This document shows positions 40,411 to 50,161 of a stretch of 64,000 nucleotides of DNA, one piece after another; position 1 is the stretch's first letter; the number at the start of each line of letters is the position of its first letter. Source of the stretch: Thermoproteota archaeon. Lineage in GTDB: Archaea; Asgardarchaeota; Njordarchaeia; Njordarchaeales; Panguiarchaeaceae. Made by a program: the position numbers and the translations under genes. Below the pieces are notes generated by a model. The model worked only from the letters and a program-made list of their open reading frames with translations. It was not told where the DNA came from and searched no databases. Location: assembly GCA_024720975.1 (NCBI GenBank), contig JANJXX010000001.1:191408-255407 (forward strand). The letters run 5' to 3'.

Positions 40411-40495
40411 TGATTCTTATTACTAGATCATACACTCCCGTAATCACACCCTTTAAAAAATTTTAGAAGGTTCTTAGGTAAGAGAAGGGTCCAAG

Positions 40496-41416
40496 ATGGT
40501 CAGGGTTCTCATCACGGACAGCGTCTCCAATAGACTGATTGATATACTAAGGTCTGCGGGAATTGGCGTTGACTACTATCCCGATATAGATCCCACGGAG
40601 CTTAGAAGAATCGTAGGTTCATATGAAGCACTTACTGTTAGGTCTCGCACTAGGGTCACGAAAGATATCATCGAAGCTGGAAAGAATTTACGTGTAATCG
40701 CTAGGGTAGGCGTAGGACTGGATAACATTGACGTCGAATACGCCACAAAAAAAGGAATCACTGTAATAAATGCCGGGGAAGCAACAGCAGAAAGTGTTGC
40801 TGAACTCACTATGGGTCTAATACTGGCCATCATAAGGAAGATACATCATGGGTACGTAAAGCTGAGAGAAAAAAGCTGGGCTAAAAACGAGTGTTTTGGA
40901 ATGGAATTACATGGAAAAACACTGGGCATTATTGGAGCTGGTAACATAGGAACAGCACTTGGTAAAATTGCATATTATGGCTTCGGAATGCGCGTTCTTG
41001 GTTATAGAAGGAGGTTAGAACTAGTGCAACCACCGCTTATCCCCACCCCACTTGATGAGTTGTTATCCAACTCCGACATTATCAGCATACATTTGCCGTT
41101 AAATAACGAAACTGAGAGATTCTTCGGGCGTGAATTATTCTCAAAATTGAGAAGAGGAGCATATGTTATAAATACATCTAGAATGGGTGTTATAGATCTC
41201 GATGCTTTAATAGAGGCGTTAGAAAGCAAGTTAATTGGAGGATTCGCTGCTGACACTGATTTGAAGCCCACTGATGACCCACGAATATCGAAGCTTCTAT
41301 CATTCGAGAACGTACTGTTAACACCGCACATAGGTGCTCAAACTGGGGAGGCTCAAGATAGAGCCGCCGAATACATCGCTCGCAAATTGATCGAACTACT
41401 AGGGAGAACACAATAA
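40496..41416 (+). CDS. serA: D-3-phosphoglycerate dehydrogenase-like D-2-hydroxyacid dehydrogenase
   Basis: VRSRT, GVGLDNID, GIIGAGNIG, INTSR, TPHIGAQT. Confidence 0.75.
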   Translation: MVRVLITDSVSNRLIDILRSAGIGVDYYPDIDPTELRRIVGSYEALTVRSRTRVTKDIIEAGKNLRVIARVGVGLDNIDVEYATKKGITVINAGEATAESVAELTMGLILAIIRKIHHGYVKLREKSWAKNECFGMELHGKTLGIIGAGNIGTALGKIAYYGFGMRVLGYRRRLELVQPPLIPTPLDELLSNSDIISIHLPLNNETERFFGRELFSKLRRGAYVINTSRMGVIDLDALIEALESKLIGGFAADTDLKPTDDPRISKLLSFENVLLTPHIGAQTGEAQDRAAEYIARKLIELLGRTQ

Positions 41417-41452
41417 ATCGAACACGCGCAAAAGAAACAAGTTCTTGATTTT

Positions 41453-41671
41453 TCACTTATCAATTTTTCCCGCATTCTCTGAAGACTTTTCCGATCGAGG
41501 TTCCTGAAGCTTAAGCTCAATTTTTGCCTGTACTCGATAATGGGCATATTTGTCTGTGGGCGACCAGCGCGGTGGATGGGCTGATTTGACCTCACTTCTA
41601 CATGCTGGACATCGCGTTCTGTTTAAGGTGTATCTTCCGCAAGAGGTACACTTAAAAATTCGTCTGGGCAT
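41453..41671 (-). CDS. nop10: H/ACA RNP protein Nop10
   Basis: KC..CGRYTL...CP.C....SAHPPRWSP.DKY..YR. Confidence 0.93.
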   Translation of the reverse strand: MPRRIFKCTSCGRYTLNRTRCPACRSEVKSAHPPRWSPTDKYAHYRVQAKIELKLQEPRSEKSSENAGKIDK

Positions 41672-41784
41672 TTTTCAACACTCAAAACTATCAGATAGAT
41701 AACGAAGTAAATCAGCTGAATACTTAGGTTATTGTATTATGCACTTATACATATACATATCCAGTTAGTCTCCATTTTAAACGG

Positions 41785-42243
41785 GTGGAAAAAATGGAGA
41801 ACTCCGAAGTTCGGGACAAGAGCCCAACCGTTGCAGGTCTATCCTATTCACAAATGTTGGAAAGAGCCCTAGAAGCAATTCCTAAAGCAACTAAGGTCTC
41901 TGAAAGCTCTGAGATGCCTCAATTTGAGATCGAAAGAGAAACTCATAGAACGATAGTACTCAATTGGGGAGAAATTATCGATAAATATAAGATTGATGAA
42001 AAACTACTTTTGAGATTTCTCCAAAAGAGACTAGGAACAATAGGAATGCCACAGCATGGAAGGCTATACTTGCAGGGATCATTTACAAAGGCCAGACTTA
42101 ATAAGCTACTCGAAACTTTTATAAAAGAATATGTGGTATGCGACGTCTGCGGACGACCACACGGCATCATTATTAAGGAAGGCGGCCGATTAATAAAGAA
42201 GTGCACTGCCTGTGGTGCATGGCGTGCTATAGAAAAACCATAG
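41785..42243 (+). CDS. eif2b: Translation initiation factor aIF2 beta
   Basis: Y..ML.RA, T.V.NW, L.LQG.F, YV.C..C..P, C.ACGA. Confidence 0.88.
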   Translation: MEKMENSEVRDKSPTVAGLSYSQMLERALEAIPKATKVSESSEMPQFEIERETHRTIVLNWGEIIDKYKIDEKLLLRFLQKRLGTIGMPQHGRLYLQGSFTKARLNKLLETFIKEYVVCDVCGRPHGIIIKEGGRLIKKCTACGAWRAIEKP

Positions 42244-42255
42244 TGGTGCTATCTA

Positions 42256-43770
42256 TTGCTTAAGTCAAAGGATGTTTATCGTTTGGATATAAATTCACGT
42301 TGGTTAGGAGTTAATACAGAACTCCTCATGGAAAATGCGGGAAAGAGTGTAGCTGACGTTATTTTTGAAAAATATCCAACTGCAAAGAAAATCGTGTGCA
42401 TCTGTTCTCGAACCAATAATGGGGGGGATGGCTTAGTAGCGGCAAGGCATTTAAGCGCGAGATACGATGTTATAGTTATCTTTATAGGCGATCCGGAAAC
42501 TATTAAGACAGCTGAGACAAGAAAAAACTGGCAAAGAGTGTATAATCTACATACTGTAAAGAAAGTTATAATTAAGTACCCAGAAGATCTAAAAATCCTA
42601 GAAGATATTATAAAAGACGCTGACATCATAATCGATGCTATATTTGGCGTTGGTGTTAAGGGCAAACCAAAAGGCTTGGAAGGTGAAACCATAGCCAAAA
42701 TAAATGCTCTGAAGGAGAAGTATGGATTCAAAATCATAAGTGTTGACGTTCCCAGTGGATTCGATACCGAGGAGGGTAAACCCTCCGAATTAATGATTAA
42801 TGCCGATGTTATAACTACATTTCATGCCATGAAGCATGGCCTTGAAAAACTGGGAAGAGAAGTTATAATTAAGCATATTGGTATTCCAAAAGACTCTGAA
42901 ATCTTTGTAGGACCGGGTGACTTTATAGAATTCATTAGAGAAAGGGATCCCTGGTCGCATAAAGGCGATTTCGGACGCATACTAGTTATTGGAGGCTCCG
43001 AACACTACACAGGAGCACCTGCACTTTCTGCCATGGCAGCTTTAAGAACAGGTGCAGATCTGTCTATAATATACGCCCCAGAAGCCGTGGCATCAACCAT
43101 CCGCTCTTTCTCACCTAACGTTATTGCCGAGTCTTATCCGGGAAAATTCTTCAATGAGGATTCCATGAAAAGAGCGTTAGAACTTTCCGAAAAAGCCTCA
43201 GTAGTAATAGTTGGTCCTGGACTTGGCTCAGAATCTGAGACTCTCAAAACTACATACAAATTTATTACTGAGCTCGCAGGTAAGAAGCCATTAGTTGTTG
43301 ATGCTGATGCTCTTAAATCGCTGGCAATATATGGCATCCCAAGAAGCAGAGACATCATAATAACCCCCCACGCGGGAGAGTTCAAATTAATATTCGGCGA
43401 AGAACCTTCAAAAGATTTATACATGCGAGGCGAACTCGTTAAGAAGCATGCAAAGGCGCTGGATAATGTAACCATACTTCTCAAAGGGCATATTGATGTA
43501 ATAAGCGATGGAGATCGACTGCTGTTCAATAGAACTGGAAATCCGGGAATGACTGTTGGTGGTACAGGTGACGTTTTAACGGGCATTGTAGCCGCTATAC
43601 GAGCGCAGTGTTCTGACTCGTTCAAGAGTGCGGCTATGGGTGCCTTCTTATGCGGCTTTGCCGGTGACTTAGCATTTGAAAAATACGGATACTGTCTAAC
43701 TGCAACTGATGTGATAGAGCAAATACCAGTTGCAATTAGAGAAATCAGGAGGATAATTTATCAGGAATAA
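42256..43770 (+). CDS. nnr: Bifunctional NAD(P)H-hydrate epimerase/dehydratase
   Basis: LMENAG, NNGGDG, DVPSG, HKGDFG, GPGLG, VDADAL, TPHAGEF, GGTGDVL. Confidence 0.95.
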   Translation: MLKSKDVYRLDINSRWLGVNTELLMENAGKSVADVIFEKYPTAKKIVCICSRTNNGGDGLVAARHLSARYDVIVIFIGDPETIKTAETRKNWQRVYNLHTVKKVIIKYPEDLKILEDIIKDADIIIDAIFGVGVKGKPKGLEGETIAKINALKEKYGFKIISVDVPSGFDTEEGKPSELMINADVITTFHAMKHGLEKLGREVIIKHIGIPKDSEIFVGPGDFIEFIRERDPWSHKGDFGRILVIGGSEHYTGAPALSAMAALRTGADLSIIYAPEAVASTIRSFSPNVIAESYPGKFFNEDSMKRALELSEKASVVIVGPGLGSESETLKTTYKFITELAGKKPLVVDADALKSLAIYGIPRSRDIIITPHAGEFKLIFGEEPSKDLYMRGELVKKHAKALDNVTILLKGHIDVISDGDRLLFNRTGNPGMTVGGTGDVLTGIVAAIRAQCSDSFKSAAMGAFLCGFAGDLAFEKYGYCLTATDVIEQIPVAIREIRRIIYQE

Positions 43771-43822
43771 TCAGATACCTCAGGGTTCATCAGTTTTCAG
43801 ACTGGGACGGCATCATCCTCTC
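43769..43822 (-). ncRNA. C/D box methylation guide sRNA
   Basis: Minus strand reads C AGGATGA, 12-nt guide TGCCGTCCCAGT, D' CTGA, aaa, C' CTGATGA, 12-nt guide ACCCTGAGGTAT, D CTGA. Confidence 0.88.
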
Positions 43823-43846
43823 TGTTTATCTTACTGACTTCTTTTT

Positions 43847-43860
43847 TATTTAAAGTTTTT
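43847..43860 (-). promoter_or_regulatory. BRE/TATA box for the C/D sRNA
   Basis: AAAAAC-TTTAAATA about 28 nt upstream of box C. Confidence 0.6.
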
Positions 43861-43957
43861 GATTTCATCGCTCCTGAACTTACCAAAACTATTGGAAAGT
43901 TGATCGAAGTCATCACTATCATTGAGTCAAATTGAAAACTCAAAATAGCTCCTTGAC

Positions 43958-44653
43958 TTAGGGCTTCCATCTACCAATGAACATTATATGATCTTTAGCG
44001 TATGGGTCAAGGCGTATTTCCTCTTCTATCCTGAAACCGTTTGACTCGAGAATCTTCTTTTGTTCCTCAAATATTTTTTCGGGAGGACGCGCTACATCTA
44101 TACTTCTAGCTTTTATAGCAATAAAGCCATAGCCGTTGGTTCTAACAAACATTCTACAGTTTCTTATGAATATCTCGCTTTGATCTGGTTGTGCTATATC
44201 AGCATAAATACCATCGACGGATTCTCCTATAATATAGGCATACTCGTATGGTTTTCTAGCATCCTTAAGTAGGGGAATGATGTTTTTTCTCTTCTGAGCC
44301 ACAGCAACAAGGTCCCGCATTGGCCTTGGAGCAAATTCGATACCATATATTATCCCTTTTGGACCTATGATATCTGAGATATGTGATGACGTCGTTCCTG
44401 ATGCTATACCTAAATAGAGTATCCTGTCTCCCTCGGATATTCTAATGTCCTTCAAACCATTGATTATTGCTGCAGCCAGCTTGGATCTATAAGGTACCCA
44501 CTCTCGATACTCAACTCCTTGAAAGTTCATTAGTCTCTCTCCATAAACGCTAACGCCAGCTACGAGATTCCTAGTGGCTAATCTCTCTGTTCCCAGTTCA
44601 TCAGTTACAACAAAAACTCCCTTGAATATCTCCTTTACACTTACTATTTTCAT
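43958..44653 (-). CDS. flpA: Fibrillarin-like rRNA/tRNA 2'-O-methyltransferase
   Basis: VYGE, YREW.PYRSKLAAA, LYLGIASGTT.SH.SD, DIAQPDQ, KARSID; start moved to ATG 44653 (MKIVSV). Confidence 0.96.
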   Translation of the reverse strand: MKIVSVKEIFKGVFVVTDELGTERLATRNLVAGVSVYGERLMNFQGVEYREWVPYRSKLAAAIINGLKDIRISEGDRILYLGIASGTTSSHISDIIGPKGIIYGIEFAPRPMRDLVAVAQKRKNIIPLLKDARKPYEYAYIIGESVDGIYADIAQPDQSEIFIRNCRMFVRTNGYGFIAIKARSIDVARPPEKIFEEQKKILESNGFRIEEEIRLDPYAKDHIMFIGRWKP

Positions 44654-44715
44654 TTCAAGACACCATCTAAAGTATATCACCGACAATGCAATTATTAATA
44701 GAGAACAAACTTGAG

Positions 44716-45186
44716 TCAAACACTAAAATATCTCTCAATAGCGCCTCTGGTCCAGTTCTTTATTGCCAATCGTCCCTCTGCCAGAATACTTCCGATATTC
44801 TCGAGCTTTTGGATGATTGCTGTAATGATGCTAGGATTTGCACTTGGATCGCTATGAAGTATAAAAAGCGTCATGTCATAACCGCTCTCAGGTTCATCTG
44901 CTACGAAACGATATTTGGCCGAAAGCTGCCGTACAATTTCAGCTGCTAGTGCCCTGTTGATGGGATCTTCCCCAATCGCTATAAGTTTTATGTTGATTTG
45001 CATGGAATTCTTCGTTACTTTAACCACACCATCTTCGTACTCTAGTTCTCTGTATCCAGCTTTGTCGCATTCAAGGCAAAATAAACATGCTAGGTCAACC
45101 TTTTTGGGACAATCAGAGACCTTTCTAAGGGATCTAATTAAACTTAATATGTTCGGCAAATCTTCTGTTATTCGCACAATATACAC
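44716..45186 (-). CDS. ARPC4 (Arp2/3 complex 20-kDa subunit)-like protein
   Basis: NSMQINI...DPINRAL...PESGYDMTLFI...LENI...RLAIKNWTR follows ARPC4 NSVRVSI...DEIEKIL...PVEGYDISFLI...MEEI...KLSVNARAR (recalled). Confidence 0.7.
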   Translation of the reverse strand: MYIVRITEDLPNILSLIRSLRKVSDCPKKVDLACLFCLECDKAGYRELEYEDGVVKVTKNSMQINIKLIAIGEDPINRALAAEIVRQLSAKYRFVADEPESGYDMTLFILHSDPSANPSIITAIIQKLENIGSILAEGRLAIKNWTRGAIERYFSV

Positions 45187-45209
45187 CCCCAGCTAAGGCA
45201 ATAAATAAC

Positions 45210-46403
45210 GTGCACATATATGTTAATACAAATTATGATAGTGATTATATTCGTGATATTATGCTTCGATTATCTCCTAAAGCATACAAAAAGAGCTGCG
45301 CAATTTGCAAGAATGAGAAACTGTTAAGCTCGGTGTTGTCGGTCTGTCGAGATTGCATCATAAATAGGTTTGAGGACGCTAAGGATTACATAATTAATGC
45401 ACACAGAAAAGTCAGAGCGCGCTACCTTCTTCCCTACCCTGCACCTTCTGATGGTAATATCATATGCTCATTATGTTCTAACAACTGCAAAATGAAAAAT
45501 GGTGACATAAGTTTCTGCGGTTTAAGATGGGTTGAAGAAAATAAACTCAGATCTTACGTATCACCGAACCAGGCTCTTGCTTACGTCTATTTAGATCCGC
45601 ATATAACAAATTGCTGTGCAGCCTGGTTCTGCCCGGCTGGAACTGGATTAGGCTATCCAGAGTATTCTGTCACAAAGGGTCCTGAGTATGGATATAGTAA
45701 CTTGGCTGTGTTCTTTTATGGCTGCAATTTTAATTGTCTCTTTTGCCAGAACTGGGAACATAAAGATGTTTCGGGAGCCCCTGTAGTACAAACAGAGGAT
45801 CTAGTTCAAGCAGTTATTAAAAATGACAAGATCACTTGTATCTGTTACTTTGGTGGGAGTCCAGAGCCTCATGCTCCATTTTTCTTGAAAGTTAATGAGG
45901 AATTGCTTGAGAGAAAAGGCAAGAGAATAGTTAGGATATGCTATGAATGGAATGGTGCAGGAAATTCCACGATCGTAAGAAAAGCTGCAGAGTCAGCATT
46001 GCTGACGGGCGGAGTAATAAAGTTTGACTTGAAGGCTCCGCCGGGTTCACCTTTATCAATGGCATTGTCTGGCGTTGACAACAAGAGAGTTTATGAAAAT
46101 TTTGAGATGGTTTATAGAGAGTTTTGGTCTGAGGCAAAAATTCCAATTTTGACAGCAACTACTCTCCTGGTTCCTGGATACATTATGCCAGAGGATGTGG
46201 AAGAAATTGCACAATTCATCGCAAGTCTAAATCCTGAAATTCCATACTCTATTTTAGTATTTCATCCGGATGGTGCCATGACTGACTTACCAATTACACC
46301 AAGACAAATCGCCGAGGAGTCAGAAAGACGCGCGCGAAAGTATCTAAAGCACGTAAATGTTGGAAATAAGTTCCTTCTGACAATGGCACCGGAGAGAATT
46401 TAG
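45210..46403 (+). CDS. Radical SAM protein (PFL-activase-like) with extra Cys clusters
   Basis: GCNFNCLFCQNW (CxxxCxxC), CYFGG.PEP, KFDLK, TLLVPGY. Confidence 0.88.
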   Translation: MHIYVNTNYDSDYIRDIMLRLSPKAYKKSCAICKNEKLLSSVLSVCRDCIINRFEDAKDYIINAHRKVRARYLLPYPAPSDGNIICSLCSNNCKMKNGDISFCGLRWVEENKLRSYVSPNQALAYVYLDPHITNCCAAWFCPAGTGLGYPEYSVTKGPEYGYSNLAVFFYGCNFNCLFCQNWEHKDVSGAPVVQTEDLVQAVIKNDKITCICYFGGSPEPHAPFFLKVNEELLERKGKRIVRICYEWNGAGNSTIVRKAAESALLTGGVIKFDLKAPPGSPLSMALSGVDNKRVYENFEMVYREFWSEAKIPILTATTLLVPGYIMPEDVEEIAQFIASLNPEIPYSILVFHPDGAMTDLPITPRQIAEESERRARKYLKHVNVGNKFLLTMAPERI

Positions 46404-46463
46404 GACTAGAAAAATGCTAGATAGTTTTGGATTATTAGCTAAAATTGGTACACGTCTCTACGA

Positions 46464-49400
46464 TTACATCATTTCTGACGTTTTTAGTTGAACCTTAATA
46501 CCAAGGCTTTGGAGTTCTCTGATTAATAGAACAAATGCATATGGAACTGTGATGCGAGCAAGTGAGCTGGTTTTTTCTTTGCAGAACGGGCAGATCCAGC
46601 GTTTGAGTCGCGGGTCATAGTGCGCTATTGCACCGTGTTCTTCGCAAACGAAAATTTCAATTCCATCACTAGAGTCAACAAAGCGTTCGCGCAAGAATAG
46701 ACTCAATCCGTGGCCTACTAGAGCATCTTTTTCCATTTCTCCCAGTCTAAGGCCACCTCCATGTGCCCTTCCCCCTGGTGGTTGCAATGTAAGAAGCGTA
46801 TATTTCCCTGAAGATCTTACGTGGATCTTGTCTCGAGCTAGATGTTTGAGTCTCTGATAATACATTGGACCAACTAATATGTGTGCCTTATACATCCTTC
46901 CTGTTTTACCATCGTACAGCGTTTTCTCACCATAATAATTCAACCCTAGCTCTTTCGCCTTCTTTATCAGGTATTCCATCCAATTTTCAGATTCGAATGT
47001 AGTCCCGTCAACCGGGTGTCCAAGCTTACATGCTATGCTTCCAGCGAGAGCTTCGAGTATGAATCCAACTGTCATCCTGCTTGGAATTCCGTGCGGGTTG
47101 AATATTATGTCTGGGATTATTCCATCTTCAGTAAATGGCATGTCCTCTTGCGGAATTATCAAGCTTACTACGCCTTTTTGTCCACTGCGACTGGCGAATT
47201 TATCTCCTAACTCTACCGGTCTTGGTTGCCTTAGTTTTACGTAAACTTTGATTCCTTTTTGTCCAAGTTCACCTAATGATGATATAACTATTGAATCTAT
47301 GTATCCTGCTTCTCCAGGTCTAACTTTCTCTGACGTTTCCTCTTTAACTCGAAAAGCTCTCAGAGAGGCACCCTTTATTGGTGTCAGTCTTCCTACGATC
47401 TCCTCCCCTTCTTGCACGGATAAGCCTTCCCAAGTCAAGCCATCTTCCGCTAGAGTTTCTAACTTTCCTTTGATAATATCCCTCTGCTCTACTGGTAGCT
47501 TTATTTCGTCTTTTGCTCCTCCTGTGTGCGTTCTTTCAAGAACTTCGTAGATTCTTATTAGTGCTCCATTAAATAGGCCACGCTCTATTGCCGCTTTGTT
47601 TATTATTATCGCATCCTCTATATTAAACCCTTCGTATGAGAGGACGGCTACTATGGCGTTCTGTCCAAAGCCTCTTTCTGATATGCCCAGGAATTCTAGA
47701 GGTCGGGTAGTAACTATTGGCCGTTGAGGATAATACATTAGGTAAGTTGAAGTTTCTGGCCGGATCCTATAATTAAGTCTGGGTATAGTTAAAGCCTGTT
47801 TCGCCATTGAGGTCTCATGTATTATTTTCGGTGCCTGGTTTGTATCTGCAAATGGTATCAGGTTAGGTATGAGATCCAAGGTGGCCGCGGGTGCTATCTC
47901 CAAGTGCGTATGGGCGGGCGAGAGATCCTTTTCCCAGATAGCTATGTATGCGTCTTCCTCTTCCTCTGCATCAAGCATTTCTATTATTCCATTTTTTATG
48001 AGATCAGTGAACTTCATTTCCCCTTCGAGTAGTTTCTTTGCATGCGCCTTTGTGAGCTTAGGTTTGCCATTTTCAACTATTATCAGTGGTCTTAATATTC
48101 TGCCAGAGTCCGCATTTATGTGGACCTCATTCCATTCTTCCCAGTATTTTATGTTAGCTTCCCAAGGCACTATACCTTTCCTCCTATATTCTCTGAACCT
48201 TCTTACGAAATCTTTGGGATTCCTACAAACTCCTACTATCACACCATCTATAAACACCGGTGTGAGGCCTACCGGGAACCAGCCAGTTTTTATTTCTACT
48301 GCTTCAAGTCCTATCTTGGGGAGTATTTCTTTGATCAGTTGTTCTCGTTCTTGCTTCCTAAGACCAACACTTACATATGCCGAAAGAGCTAATTGTTTCG
48401 TTAAACCACACATGGTACCTTCAGATGTTGTAGTTATGCATATGCGTCCCCATTGGGTTGGATGTAAGTCTCGAGCTTCTGGTTTACCGTGTTTTGCTTG
48501 AACTCTCGAGATAAGTATATTTTTGACACGCCTTAGATGACTTATCATCTCTATTTGGTTAAGTTGTCCGAATGTTTCAGTAACTCCGGTCACCCTCGTG
48601 GGCCATGTTCCAGTGGCGAGTGATCTATTAACAACCTCTGAGATTTTCTCGGTCTTCAGGATGTCTTTGTGAGAAAATCTTCCTGCTTCAAAATCCGCTG
48701 CTCTTGTTGCAAGAGCTGTTCTTGAAGCCCTTATGAATTCTCTCCAGGCAAAACTAAAGAGTTCTCGAAGAAAGTCTCCTACCATTTTAAGGCGCTTGTT
48801 TTTATAGTGATCTCTATCATCCGCTTGCGCGTAGCCTAGATAAACCATCGCTGCGCGCCTAACTATGCGCGCTAGATAGTATGCTTTGAGGTAATATGAA
48901 TCCTCAGATGTTCCTAGATGTGAGAGGAAGTATCTATTCAAAACGTCCTTTACAAGTGCTATCTTTTGTGCATCGGTTGCGACTCGTATTAGTCTACTCA
49001 AGCCTACTCTTTGAATGTACTTGAAAAGTTCTTTCAGCGCTTCTTCCTGGGATTTAAGAGCTTCCGTAGGCGCCATTTTGATGTTAAGGAACAGTAATTG
49101 AACGATATCGTGATATTTGCCTTCACTAAAATATTCTGGAACCACCAGCCTTATGAAATCCCCTATAGTCAGTCCCAGAGCTCTAACGAGAACCATGAGT
49201 GGTACATATTTATTCAGTGATACTTGCGGGAACCTCACAACCACTTGCATGTCTTTTCGAGAGATGTATACACTTACTCTGTTTCTATATATACCTGGCG
49301 TTGTTATCCAAGCTGATACTTTGAACTTGCTTGAAACTGCGGATGTTCCCTTGAGTTCTTCAACAATGATTCTGCCTCTAACGGTCTCTTCTCTCGGTAA

Positions 49401-50063
49401 GAATACTCTCTCAGAACCGTTTATGATAGCATAGCCGTCCGGTATTGTGGGATCCTCTCCTATTGAGAGCATCCATGCAAAGTCCTTTCTCATGTACTCA
49501 TTTAGGTATGGATCATGCCTAGAACCTATTATTAGCGGGAGATCACACAGTTTGATAACGTCCCTTTTAATGTCCTCCTCAATAGTTTCTGGTCCATAAG
49601 GAGTTTCTTGGAAACGTAATTTTTTAACAACAAACTCTACACGAAGGGGAATTGAGTATGTGATCTCCATCCACCGGCATTCTTGTGGTGTGAAAATTAA
49701 ATCTTCACCTACCTGAGGCTTAGTATCAATTTTTACTTGGCCGTCAACTTTAAAATCCACATATACCCCTACTTGGGCGTCGACTCGACTATTTTGCTCA
49801 ATTATTGAGACAAGGTCTTCGTCTATGAATCTATCAAAGGAGTGGACATGAAATCTCGTAAGTCCGAGTTCTTTTAACATCGCCTCTATTACTGCCCATC
49901 GAGAATTAGCATCAAGGCTTATATCTCCCGGACCCTTCTCTGTAAACATTGGGTCTATTTTTATTCGCTCTAGTCCGTAAGTTTTTTTATCTGTGGATTC
50001 TGACAGCTCTTTCTTGGGAGTCTTTCGTGTTCCATGACTAGACAATTTAACCACATTAAGCAA
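46464..50063 (-). CDS. rpoB: DNA-directed RNA polymerase subunit B (Rpo2, unsplit), sequence-divergent
   Basis: DDRDHY.NKRL, GFNIEDA, GDKFASRSGQKG, PSRMT, YYQRLKH, GGLRLGEME.D, C-terminal Zn site. Confidence 0.95.
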   Translation of the reverse strand: MLNVVKLSSHGTRKTPKKELSESTDKKTYGLERIKIDPMFTEKGPGDISLDANSRWAVIEAMLKELGLTRFHVHSFDRFIDEDLVSIIEQNSRVDAQVGVYVDFKVDGQVKIDTKPQVGEDLIFTPQECRWMEITYSIPLRVEFVVKKLRFQETPYGPETIEEDIKRDVIKLCDLPLIIGSRHDPYLNEYMRKDFAWMLSIGEDPTIPDGYAIINGSERVFLPREETVRGRIIVEELKGTSAVSSKFKVSAWITTPGIYRNRVSVYISRKDMQVVVRFPQVSLNKYVPLMVLVRALGLTIGDFIRLVVPEYFSEGKYHDIVQLLFLNIKMAPTEALKSQEEALKELFKYIQRVGLSRLIRVATDAQKIALVKDVLNRYFLSHLGTSEDSYYLKAYYLARIVRRAAMVYLGYAQADDRDHYKNKRLKMVGDFLRELFSFAWREFIRASRTALATRAADFEAGRFSHKDILKTEKISEVVNRSLATGTWPTRVTGVTETFGQLNQIEMISHLRRVKNILISRVQAKHGKPEARDLHPTQWGRICITTTSEGTMCGLTKQLALSAYVSVGLRKQEREQLIKEILPKIGLEAVEIKTGWFPVGLTPVFIDGVIVGVCRNPKDFVRRFREYRRKGIVPWEANIKYWEEWNEVHINADSGRILRPLIIVENGKPKLTKAHAKKLLEGEMKFTDLIKNGIIEMLDAEEEEDAYIAIWEKDLSPAHTHLEIAPAATLDLIPNLIPFADTNQAPKIIHETSMAKQALTIPRLNYRIRPETSTYLMYYPQRPIVTTRPLEFLGISERGFGQNAIVAVLSYEGFNIEDAIIINKAAIERGLFNGALIRIYEVLERTHTGGAKDEIKLPVEQRDIIKGKLETLAEDGLTWEGLSVQEGEEIVGRLTPIKGASLRAFRVKEETSEKVRPGEAGYIDSIVISSLGELGQKGIKVYVKLRQPRPVELGDKFASRSGQKGVVSLIIPQEDMPFTEDGIIPDIIFNPHGIPSRMTVGFILEALAGSIACKLGHPVDGTTFESENWMEYLIKKAKELGLNYYGEKTLYDGKTGRMYKAHILVGPMYYQRLKHLARDKIHVRSSGKYTLLTLQPPGGRAHGGGLRLGEMEKDALVGHGLSLFLRERFVDSSDGIEIFVCEEHGAIAHYDPRLKRWICPFCKEKTSSLARITVPYAFVLLIRELQSLGIKVQLKTSEMM

Positions 50064-50161
50064 CTAGAAAAGAATCTAAGCTGTATGTAGTTATTAAGTT
50101 TTTTCCTTCATTTTTAAAGCTATTACCTTAACTTTGAAAACTTTGAACACTACTGGAGATT

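Noticed and set aside
43861-43930. Second possible C/D sRNA (GTGATGA on the minus strand)
   Set aside because: No correctly spaced CTGA D'/D boxes
47016-49434. Multiple plus-strand ORFs up to 210 aa within rpoB
   Set aside because: Antisense shadows with no independent motifs
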